A stretch of DNA of 64,000 nt, taken from an uncultured Gammaproteobacteria bacterium. Lineage in GTDB: Bacteria > Patescibacteriota > Patescibacteriia > Magasanikbacterales > JBBTQS01. The position numbers and the translations under genes were made by a program. The notes below the pieces were generated by a model, which searched no databases, had not been told where the DNA came from, and saw only the letters and a program-made list of their open reading frames with translations. Below are positions 1 through 7,934 of the stretch, one piece after another (position 1 is the first letter of the stretch; each line of letters begins with the position of its first letter). The DNA lies in contig CAZVIA010000001.1 in NCBI GenBank assembly GCA_964627525.1, positions 72,384 to 136,383 on the forward strand. Reading direction: 5' to 3'.

Positions 1-506
1 GTGAAATAGCTGAAGGAAGAGTTGTGTATGTGCAAAAGAAATCTGAAGGAACAAAAGTTGGTGAAATGGTGGGTACAGAAACTGTAACTGGTGTTAATGT
101 TCATGATGAAGGTGATCCAGATATAAAAGGTGATGAAATTGATTATTCTGCTCGTTTTTATCGATTTGCTGAAGATGGAACAAAAATTGTTGAGCAAAAA
201 GGTAGAATTTTGAGTGAAGGTAGTGAAAAGTTGGACACAAGTCCATTTGCAACTTTACTTGAAAATACAAGTTGGATGAGTGCACGTAAGGGATTTCGAG
301 ATAATAAACAAAGAAGCATTCGTGGTAAGGTGCGTGGTTTTAATGAACAACTTGTTATAATACGTGCAATGCGTGCAGTAGGAATGGGTGAAAGTAATGA
401 ATGTAAAGGTGAAGTAGGAAGTTTATTAAAAGGTCTTGAGAGGTTGCAAGAGCGATATCCAGAAGCACCAATAAGTCATGAGTTAATAACTGAAATTAGA
501 GGTTAA
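1..506 (+). CDS. hypothetical protein, 3' part (5'-truncated by window edge)
   Basis: Frame is open from the window start to TAA at 504-506; no recognisable motif. Confidence 0.7.
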   Translation, partial: EIAEGRVVYVQKKSEGTKVGEMVGTETVTGVNVHDEGDPDIKGDEIDYSARFYRFAEDGTKIVEQKGRILSEGSEKLDTSPFATLLENTSWMSARKGFRDNKQRSIRGKVRGFNEQLVIIRAMRAVGMGESNECKGEVGSLLKGLERLQERYPEAPISHELITEIRG

Positions 507-784
507 TTTGGGTTTATAAAAAATTAGATAAAAAGCTAAGCCCTTGATATTTGTCAGGGGTTTTGATATAAATATTTCTCAACTAACGGTGGTTGAAGTT
601 CACAAGCTTTGATCAATGGGTCCCCCCCCCAAAAAAAATAATTGCCGATAAGTAACATAACGTTCTTATTGGTTTTTGTATTCACAATTTTTCCACCATT
701 AATCAACAGATTTAATCTTTTTTATTTTGTGAAGTGATTGTATAATCATCTAATTTGGTTTTGTTGTTTTAAAAAATAAAACAT

Positions 785-967
785 TGTTTTGTTTGATTGT
801 TTGCCAACTGCACACCTACCTAAGGTACTCGTGAGCCGAAAGCGGGCATGGTGTCCGGCTTTACCGCCGGACGAGCGAAGGTGAACGCGTAGCGAAGTGC
901 GCCACGCTGGGGCGCATGAGCGTGCCGAAGGAGGTGTGTGGTTGGTAATAACAATCAGACAAAAGCA
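785..967 (+). ncRNA. putative structured RNA or palindromic element upstream of comEC
   Basis: 801-817 pairs with 932-948 (17 bp, 3 G-U pairs on + strand); 785-801 pairs with 950-967; GC-rich multi-hairpin core. Confidence 0.45.
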
Positions 968-1001
968 GTTGTACTTGTTTTTACAACAATCACAAAAATA
1001 A

Positions 1002-2324
1002 ATGTTAAAAAAAAATATCCAATCACCTTCGCAAAGGTTTGTTGTGGCTTGTTTAGTGTTGTTAATTTTTTTTGGAGTAAAAGTTTACATACAAGAGCAA
1101 ATTTTGGCAAAAAATCATCCGCGATCAAGACAAATAGATTTTCAAGCGCAAGTTGTGCGTGAAGTTTTTGATAAAAATAATTCTCAAGAGTTGGTTGTGC
1201 GTTCAGAAGAAGGTTTGGTTCAGGTGCGCATTCCAAAATATCCAAGTTTTAAATACGGCGACATTATAAATATAAGATGTACAAGATTTTTTCCAGATGC
1301 ATTAGATAAAGATGGTGCACATTATGGTCGTTATTTGCGAATGCAGGGGATTAATTGGGTTTGTAAAAATTCAGAAGTTGAGTGGGTGGGTTATAAAAAA
1401 ATTCTGTCTTTGCGATATTATGTAATTTTTGTGCGTAAAAAAATTGCACAAACAGTTGAAAATATTTGGCCAGAACCACACGCATCTTTTATTGCTGGGA
1501 TTTTGTATGGCGAGCGTAAAGGAATGTCCAAAGATTTAAAAGATAAATTCGCCATAACAGGATTAACACACATCATGGCAGTGTCTGGATATAATGTCAC
1601 AATTGTTGCAAATATTATTTTGGCTTTTTTGGCAGCAATCGGAGTGCGCAGAAAACGTGCATTTGGTTTTGTTTTAGTTGGAGTTGCATTTTTTGTAGTG
1701 CTGGTTGGTGGAAGCGCATCTGCAGTACGTGCTGGGATTATGGGAGTAGTTGCTTTGTTAGGTAGGACTTTGGGTCGTGGCAATAATGCTGCAGCTCTTA
1801 TAATTTCAGCTTCAATAATTATGACATTGCACAATGAAATGGTTTTGCTTTATGATGTGGGATTTCATTTATCAGTACTCGCAACAATTGGTTTAATTTA
1901 TTTTTCGCCAATTATTGAAAAATTTTTGCGATGGGTCCCGGGGATTTTTGGGTTGCGCGAAATAATTTCAACAAGTGTGAGTGCAATAATTTTTACCGCG
2001 CCATTAATCAGTTTTGTTTTTGGAAAAGTCACAGTTGTTTCTTTAATCACAAATGTTTTGGTGTTACCAGTGATTCCAATTTTAATGTTACTGTCCGGAG
2101 TCGCGATGTTGTTTGGTTTATTTTTAAAACCAGCTGGAGTTTTATTAGGTGTGGTAGCCTGGTTGTTAAGTTCGTATGTTTTATTGATTGTAAAAATATT
2201 TTCCGAGTTAAGTTTTGCATCTCTAAGTTTTGCAATGCCGTTGTGGGTCGTAATTATTAGTTATTTAATTTTATGGATTTTAATTTTTCAAAAAAACAAA
2301 TTATTGGATTGGTTGGAATCTTGA
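1002..2324 (+). CDS. comEC: ComEC/Rec2 competence protein, membrane domain
   Basis: GLTHIMAVSGYNV, SAVRAGIM and GFHLSVLAT motifs; multiple TM helices. Confidence 0.92.
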   Translation: MLKKNIQSPSQRFVVACLVLLIFFGVKVYIQEQILAKNHPRSRQIDFQAQVVREVFDKNNSQELVVRSEEGLVQVRIPKYPSFKYGDIINIRCTRFFPDALDKDGAHYGRYLRMQGINWVCKNSEVEWVGYKKILSLRYYVIFVRKKIAQTVENIWPEPHASFIAGILYGERKGMSKDLKDKFAITGLTHIMAVSGYNVTIVANIILAFLAAIGVRRKRAFGFVLVGVAFFVVLVGGSASAVRAGIMGVVALLGRTLGRGNNAAALIISASIIMTLHNEMVLLYDVGFHLSVLATIGLIYFSPIIEKFLRWVPGIFGLREIISTSVSAIIFTAPLISFVFGKVTVVSLITNVLVLPVIPILMLLSGVAMLFGLFLKPAGVLLGVVAWLLSSYVLLIVKIFSELSFASLSFAMPLWVVIISYLILWILIFQKNKLLDWLES

Positions 2325-3148
2325 TTTTGTTGTTAGGTGTGTTGAGTTTTTACTTGTACAACTTTTTTGTTCATGCTCAAATTCATTTTTTAGACGTTGG
2401 TCAAGGTGATTCAATTTTAATTCATGCACCACATAATCAGCAGATGTTAATTGATTGCGGATATAATGATATTGTGATTGAAGCTCTTGGTCGGAAAATG
2501 AATTATTTTGATCGCACAATTGAATATTTAGTTGTGACGCATAGTGATCGTGATCATTTTGGAGGTTGCTTAGATGTTTTGGATAAATTTGAAGTCAAAA
2601 ATTTTATTTATAATGGTTTGAATAATAAAAACTTTTTGTGGAAAAAGTTTATAGAAAAACTCCGCGCTGAAAACGTAAATTTTATTCATATAAAAAATTT
2701 GCAACAATGGGAATTAGATAAAATAAAAATTCAAAGTTTGTTTCCGGATTTGGATTTAAAAACAAACAAAAAGATTTTTCCAAAAAAAGATCAAACTAAT
2801 AATAATTTTTCTGTTGTGTTAAAAGTAGAAGCAGGGGAGCAGAGTTTTTTATTATTAGGTGATGCAGAAGTTGCTTTGGAAAAATATCTTGCAGAAAGTT
2901 TTTCAGAAAAATCCAAAGAACCAGAAAAATTAAAAGTTGATTATTTGAAAACCGGACATCATGGAAGTAAAACTTCAACAACAGAATTGATTTTACAAAA
3001 AACACAACCGCAAAAAGCAATAATTTCAGTTGGTGCGGAAAACAAATTTGGACATCCGTCAGGTCGAGTAATTTCAAGATTAAATAGGTATAAAGTGCAG
3101 ATTTACAGGACAGATATGGAGGGAGATATAAGTTTTATGCTATACTAG
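2273..3148 (+). CDS. ComEC-type metallo-beta-lactamase domain protein (separate ORF)
   Basis: FLDVGQGDS, THSDRDH, GHHGS, FGHP and YRTD motifs. Confidence 0.9.
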   Translation: MDFNFSKKQIIGLVGILILLLGVLSFYLYNFFVHAQIHFLDVGQGDSILIHAPHNQQMLIDCGYNDIVIEALGRKMNYFDRTIEYLVVTHSDRDHFGGCLDVLDKFEVKNFIYNGLNNKNFLWKKFIEKLRAENVNFIHIKNLQQWELDKIKIQSLFPDLDLKTNKKIFPKKDQTNNNFSVVLKVEAGEQSFLLLGDAEVALEKYLAESFSEKSKEPEKLKVDYLKTGHHGSKTSTTELILQKTQPQKAIISVGAENKFGHPSGRVISRLNRYKVQIYRTDMEGDISFMLY

Positions 3149-4674
3149 TGTCAATTGAAGCAAAAAATATGAGTTATCGCACATACAAATTGAGCGCACT
3201 TTTTAGTGTATTTTTGTGTTTATTATTTTTAATGCCTTTTGCTACGCCAGCAAATGCAAATACAGGAGTTGGTTTTGTGCCAAGTTCTGGAGTTTGGTTT
3301 TCGCAAGATGTTTTTTATGAAAACGAAACTGTAAAATTATATACAGTTGTTGTGAACAATACATACAAATCACTTTCTGGAATAATTGGTTTTTATGATA
3401 ATGATCAATTAATTGTGGAGACAGTTTTTTCAAATATAAGGTTTGAAGAAGCAAAACAAATTTCAGCAACTTGGGAGCCACAATCTGGTGATCATGATTT
3501 AGTTGCAAAATTTACTCAAGTGACTGGAACTAATGATGATGGTTCAAAAGAAAATTTTGACGGTGCGACTTTTACTGGAGGTGCTTCTGAAGTTAAAACT
3601 TCTCGTTTTGTAGATAAAGATACTGATGGCGATAAGGTCGGAAATGAAGTTGATGATGACGATGACAACGATGGTTTGAGTGATGCAGAAGAAGAAACTT
3701 TAGGTTCTGATCCTGAAAAAACTGATACTGATGGTGATAGTTTGGATGATAAAAAAGAAGTTGATCGTGGTACTGATCCAACTCGTGCTGATACTGATGG
3801 TGATGGTGTTGATGATGATAAGGATGTGTTCCCAACAAACAAAGGAGAGTGGAATGATATTGATGGTGACGGGCAAGGGGATAATTCAGATTCAGATGAT
3901 GATAATGATGGTTTGTCTGATGATGATGAAAAAAATTATGGTTCAGATCCATATAAAAAAGATACTGATGCAGATGGTTTAAATGATAAAGAAGAAATTG
4001 ATTTTAAATCAGATCCAACTAAACCTGATACTGATGCAGATGGTTTAACAGATTATGAAGAAAGAGATTTTGGAACTGATCCTGAAAAAACTGATACTGA
4101 TGGTGATGGTTTAAGTGATTTTACTGAAAAAGAATTAGGTACTGATGCAACAATGGTTGATACTGATGAAGATACTTTGGCTGATGGTGATGAAGTTAAA
4201 GCTGGTACAAGTCCTTTGTTTCAAGATTCAGATGCTGATGAGGTAAATGATAATGTCGATGCTTTTCCAATGAATAAAGCTGAAACTGCTGACACAGATG
4301 AAGATGGTGTTGGAGATAATGCTGATGAAGATGATGATAATGATGGTTTAAATGATGTGCAGGAATTGGAGATGGGGTTAGATCCTTTGAAAGCAGATAC
4401 TGATGATGATACTTTGAGCGACAAAGATGAGATTGAAGTTACTTTGACAGATCCTTTGAAAGCAGATACTGATGAAGATGGTGTTAGTGATGGGGTGGAA
4501 GTTCAGGAGGGTACTGATCCAAATTCAGCTGATTCAGTTCCAGATTTGCCAGATGAAGAAGGTGAAGGTGGGTCAATGTCAATGCAAAAAGTTTTGACTT
4601 TTCTAGCAGTTGTTTCTTCTTTGTGTGTGTTATTTTTTGCAGGACTATATGTGTTCAAGCGCAAAGAATCTTAG
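3148..4674 (+). CDS. secreted, C-terminally anchored protein with Ig/CARDB-like N-domain and bacterial thrombospondin type-3 Ca-binding repeats
   Basis: Signal peptide; many DTDGDGLxD..E...GTDP repeats; C-terminal TM followed by KRK; start may be ATG 3169. Confidence 0.85.
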   Translation: MSIEAKNMSYRTYKLSALFSVFLCLLFLMPFATPANANTGVGFVPSSGVWFSQDVFYENETVKLYTVVVNNTYKSLSGIIGFYDNDQLIVETVFSNIRFEEAKQISATWEPQSGDHDLVAKFTQVTGTNDDGSKENFDGATFTGGASEVKTSRFVDKDTDGDKVGNEVDDDDDNDGLSDAEEETLGSDPEKTDTDGDSLDDKKEVDRGTDPTRADTDGDGVDDDKDVFPTNKGEWNDIDGDGQGDNSDSDDDNDGLSDDDEKNYGSDPYKKDTDADGLNDKEEIDFKSDPTKPDTDADGLTDYEERDFGTDPEKTDTDGDGLSDFTEKELGTDATMVDTDEDTLADGDEVKAGTSPLFQDSDADEVNDNVDAFPMNKAETADTDEDGVGDNADEDDDNDGLNDVQELEMGLDPLKADTDDDTLSDKDEIEVTLTDPLKADTDEDGVSDGVEVQEGTDPNSADSVPDLPDEEGEGGSMSMQKVLTFLAVVSSLCVLFFAGLYVFKRKES

Positions 4675-5446
4675 TGTAAAACTTAGTTTAAATTTTGGTG
4701 CATTTTTAATAATAATTTTGTTTGGTGTTTTTGCTTTTGCAAATAATGTGAGTGCTGAACAAGATTTTGTGATACAAGATAGTGATAATGATGGGTTGTC
4801 AGATTATGATGAACAAAATTTATATTATACAAACCCTCTGAATCCAGACACTGATGGTGATGGTTATTTTGATGGTCAGGAAATAAAATTTGGTTATTCG
4901 CCGCACATGGGTGATGGTGTTCGCTTGTCTAAAAATGATTTTGATAAAGATGGGATGAATGATTATTTAGAAATTGCGTTTCATACCAATTTAATAAATC
5001 CAGACACTGATGGTGATGGTTATTTTGATGGTTTGGAGTTGAGGTATAGTTATGATCCGCGGATTTTTGTTCCTAAGAAAATTAAAAAACGAATTATTGT
5101 GGATTTATCTGAACAAATGTTGCGTTATTATTGGGATGACATAAAAATGGGGGAGTTTTTAATTTCTTCTGGGCGTGCTACAGTACCAACTCCTTTGGGA
5201 AAGTTTTCTATTAATACAAAATTACCTGTGCACACATATTCAGGTGCAAATTATTATTACCCAAATACAAAATGGAATATGCGTTTTCATGGAACTCCGC
5301 CGTATTCATATTATATTCATGGAGCTTTTTGGCATGATAATTTTGGTACACCAATGAGTGGTGGTTGTATAAATGTTTCTTATGATAAAATGGAAGGGTT
5401 GTATCATTGGGCAGAAATTGGGACTGAAGTTGAAATTATAGAATAA
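4610..5446 (+). CDS. L,D-transpeptidase (YkuD) family protein with TSP3-like repeats
   Basis: IIVDLSEQ, TPLG and IHG...SGGCIN catalytic motifs; start codon uncertain. Confidence 0.85.
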   Translation: MFLLCVCYFLQDYMCSSAKNLSVKLSLNFGAFLIIILFGVFAFANNVSAEQDFVIQDSDNDGLSDYDEQNLYYTNPLNPDTDGDGYFDGQEIKFGYSPHMGDGVRLSKNDFDKDGMNDYLEIAFHTNLINPDTDGDGYFDGLELRYSYDPRIFVPKKIKKRIIVDLSEQMLRYYWDDIKMGEFLISSGRATVPTPLGKFSINTKLPVHTYSGANYYYPNTKWNMRFHGTPPYSYYIHGAFWHDNFGTPMSGGCINVSYDKMEGLYHWAEIGTEVEIIE

Positions 5447-5475
5447 AAATTATTGTTTATGGTTGAAAAATTTTT

Positions 5476-6165
5476 ATGAAAAAAACTATTGTTATATCAG
5501 TTGGTGGTTCAGTTGTTGTGCCAGCAAAAGGTGATGGTGTTGCAGCTTTAAAAAATTTGCGCGCACTGTTGTTTGAGTTTTGTAAAAAAGGATATAAATT
5601 TATTTTGGTTGTTGGTGGTGGTGTAACTTGTCGTGAATATAGGGATAGATTAATAAAGTTGGGTGTTAAGGAGCGAGATGATTTAGATTGGATGGGAATT
5701 TTTGCAACACATTTAAATGCAAAATATATTGCGCGTGCTTTACAACCAGTTGCTGATAAAGAAATTATTATAGACCGCAACACTAAGAAAAAGTTTTTGA
5801 AAAAAATAATGATTGCTGGTGGTGATAAACCTGGATCTTCAACAGATCATATGGCGGTTTTGTTAGCTAAAAAATTTGGAGCGGATTTTGTGGTAAATTT
5901 AAGTGATGTTGATTATATTTATTCTGCAGATCCTAGAAAAAATCCTAACGCTAAAAAATTTACTTCTTTGAGTTGGGATCAAATGCAAAAAATTGTTGGA
6001 ACAAAATGGTCTCCTGGAATGCATTCACCATTTGATCCTGTAGCTACTGCTTTGGCACGAAAAAAAGACGTTGATGTGGCTATGGTGAGTGGTGCGAAGT
6101 TGGGGGAGTTGAAAAAGTTGTTAAATGGTGGGGATTTTAAAGGGACTTGGGTTAGTAATAAGTAG
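5476..6165 (+). CDS. pyrH: UMP kinase (archaeal-type)
   Basis: ISVGGS, VVGGG, PGSSTD, DPRKNP and PFDP motifs. Confidence 0.92.
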   Translation: MKKTIVISVGGSVVVPAKGDGVAALKNLRALLFEFCKKGYKFILVVGGGVTCREYRDRLIKLGVKERDDLDWMGIFATHLNAKYIARALQPVADKEIIIDRNTKKKFLKKIMIAGGDKPGSSTDHMAVLLAKKFGADFVVNLSDVDYIYSADPRKNPNAKKFTSLSWDQMQKIVGTKWSPGMHSPFDPVATALARKKDVDVAMVSGAKLGELKKLLNGGDFKGTWVSNK

Positions 6166-6297
6166 ACAGCGCGTTGTCTTAACAGACAGCGCGTTTGTGT
6201 TTTTTTGATTTAAAAGTTTTTAACAGGATGTGCACATTTTATAAACTGATTTTATCTTGACCGTTAAATTTTTCAAATATATACTAAACTAGCTCTA

Positions 6298-6651
6298 GTG
6301 TTAAAAGTAGTAAAAAATATGGAAAAAAGAATTGAAAATAAAATAGACAAGATTGAAAATAATATAGGCAGGATTGAAAAAAATATAGATAGGGTTTTAA
6401 ACAAACTTGAAGAGCATGATGAAAAGTTTGATTTAGTGTTCGGTAAACTTGAAGAGCATGATGAAAAGTTTGATTTAGTGTTCGGTAAACTTGAAGAGCA
6501 TGATCGTGTCTTTGATAATATGTTTATGATGTTGGATGATTTGTCTTTAAAAGTAGATAAGGTAGTAAAATGGAAAGCATTTTCAGACAAAACACTCAAA
6601 AGACATGATTCGGAAATAACTGATATACAAATTGCCTTAGGAACAATTTAA
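6298..6651 (+). CDS. coiled-coil hypothetical protein with 14-aa tandem repeat
   Basis: KLEEHDEKFDLVFG repeated; start may be ATG 6319. Confidence 0.7.
   Translation: MLKVVKNMEKRIENKIDKIENNIGRIEKNIDRVLNKLEEHDEKFDLVFGKLEEHDEKFDLVFGKLEEHDRVFDNMFMMLDDLSLKVDKVVKWKAFSDKTLKRHDSEITDIQIALGTI
6403..6504 (+). repeat. 42-bp perfect in-frame tandem repeat, about 2.4 copies
   Basis: aaacttgaagagcatgatgaaaagtttgatttagtgttcggt at 6403 and 6445; partial copy at 6487. Confidence 0.95.
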
Positions 6652-6734
6652 AATTTTCGCTAAATTTAGCCAAAAAATAAGCACTATAAATAAACTTGAC
6701 TTATAATTTTTTTTCTGATAAACTTATTTCAAAT

Positions 6735-6816
6735 GCCACAGACAGCAGGCTGTTTCATAAGTCCTGCCGAGGTAAAAGACTATTAATTAGGTCGACTTTT
6801 ACTAGTTTCCTGTGGC
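6735..6816 (+). promoter_or_regulatory. ribosomal protein L10 leader
   Basis: gccacAGACAGCAGG...CCTGCCGAGG...ctgtggc directly upstream of rplJ, matching the L10 leader pattern. Confidence 0.8.
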
Positions 6817-6843
6817 GAATGTGTCACAGTTTTTTGTTTAAAT

Positions 6844-7371
6844 ATGCCAAAAACAAGACAACAAAAAGAAAAAGATGTAGCAGATTTGACTGATGTTATC
6901 AAACAAAGCAAAGCTGCTGTTTTTGCATCATTTAAAAACATCACAGTTGGCGACGCGCAAACATTGCGTAGAAGCTGTCGTGAAGTAGATGTAAAATATT
7001 TAGTTGCAAAAAAGACTTTAATGAACCGTGCATTTAAAAATGCTGGTTATGATGATGTGGACACTTCTCCTTTTGAAGGTAACATTGGTGTTGCTTTTGG
7101 AATGGGTGATGAGGTTGCATCAGCAAAAACATTAGATACATTTGCCAAAGACCATGAGGGTTTCACTATTTTGGGTGGAATTTTAGAAGGACGTTATATT
7201 AAAGCTGATCAAGTGATTAGTTTGGCTAAATTGCCAAGTCGCGATGAATTACTTGCCAAGTTGGTAGGTTCATTAGCTGCTCCAATGTCTGGTTTTGTAA
7301 ATGTATTAGCAGGTGTACCGCGTAATTTTGTACAGGTTTTATCTGCAATAAAAGATGCTAAAGAAGCATAA
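6844..7371 (+). CDS. rplJ: 50S ribosomal protein L10
   Basis: LVAKKTL and [14 protein letters not shown] motifs; followed by rplL. Confidence 0.96.
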   Translation: MPKTRQQKEKDVADLTDVIKQSKAAVFASFKNITVGDAQTLRRSCREVDVKYLVAKKTLMNRAFKNAGYDDVDTSPFEGNIGVAFGMGDEVASAKTLDTFAKDHEGFTILGGILEGRYIKADQVISLAKLPSRDELLAKLVGSLAAPMSGFVNVLAGVPRNFVQVLSAIKDAKEA

Positions 7372-7406
7372 AGCATAAAAAGAAACATAAATTAATTTAT
7401 AAAGAT

Positions 7407-7823
7407 ATGAGTGAAGAAACAACACAAGAAGAAAAAAAGGACGTAGTTGTCCCAGAAAAATTCAAATCTCTTGTTGAAGAGGTTGAAAAAATGTCAGTAC
7501 TTGATTTAGCTGAACTTGTAAAAATTCTTGAAGACAAGTTTGGTGTTTCAGCTTCTGCTCCAGTTGCAATGATGGCTGGTCCAGCTGCTGGCGAAGCTAC
7601 TGTAGAAGAAAAAGATGAGTTTGATATTGAGCTTACAGGATCTGGAGAAAATAAGATCTCAGTTATTAAAGTTGTTCGTGAAATAACTGGTCTTGGTTTG
7701 AAAGATGCTAAAGACATGGTAGATGGCGCTCCTAAGGTAATTAAGGAAAAGGCTAAAAAAGAAGAAGCAGAAGAAATTAAGAAAAAGATTGAAGAAGCAG
7801 GTGGTACTTGCGATTTGAAATAA
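7407..7823 (+). CDS. rplL: 50S ribosomal protein L7/L12
   Basis: [27 protein letters not shown]. Confidence 0.98.
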   Translation: MSEETTQEEKKDVVVPEKFKSLVEEVEKMSVLDLAELVKILEDKFGVSASAPVAMMAGPAAGEATVEEKDEFDIELTGSGENKISVIKVVREITGLGLKDAKDMVDGAPKVIKEKAKKEEAEEIKKKIEEAGGTCDLK

Positions 7824-7827
7824 AGTA

Positions 7828-7921
7828 AAAAAAGTATTACATTCCGTACCTATCTCGCACATGTCTCCAACATGCGCTTGACCCTCTATGGGCAAACAGT
7901 GCTAAGATGTAATACTTTTTT
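7828..7921. terminator. branched bidirectional terminator-like element
   Basis: aaaaaagtattacat...atgtaatactttttt outer stem enclosing two hairpins, between convergent genes. Confidence 0.6.
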
Positions 7922-7934
7922 ATTTTTTATAAAA

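Noticed and set aside
2273-2324. Frameshifted comEC pseudogene
   Set aside because: Both ORFs have intact motifs, the second has its own TM leader, and split ComEC is a known arrangement
3616-4530. DNA repeat array or DGR-like template
   Set aside because: Degenerate repeats are explained by TSP3 protein repeats; no reverse transcriptase is present
6403-6504. CRISPR array
   Set aside because: Repeats are contiguous with no spacers, lie in frame in a CDS, and no cas genes are present
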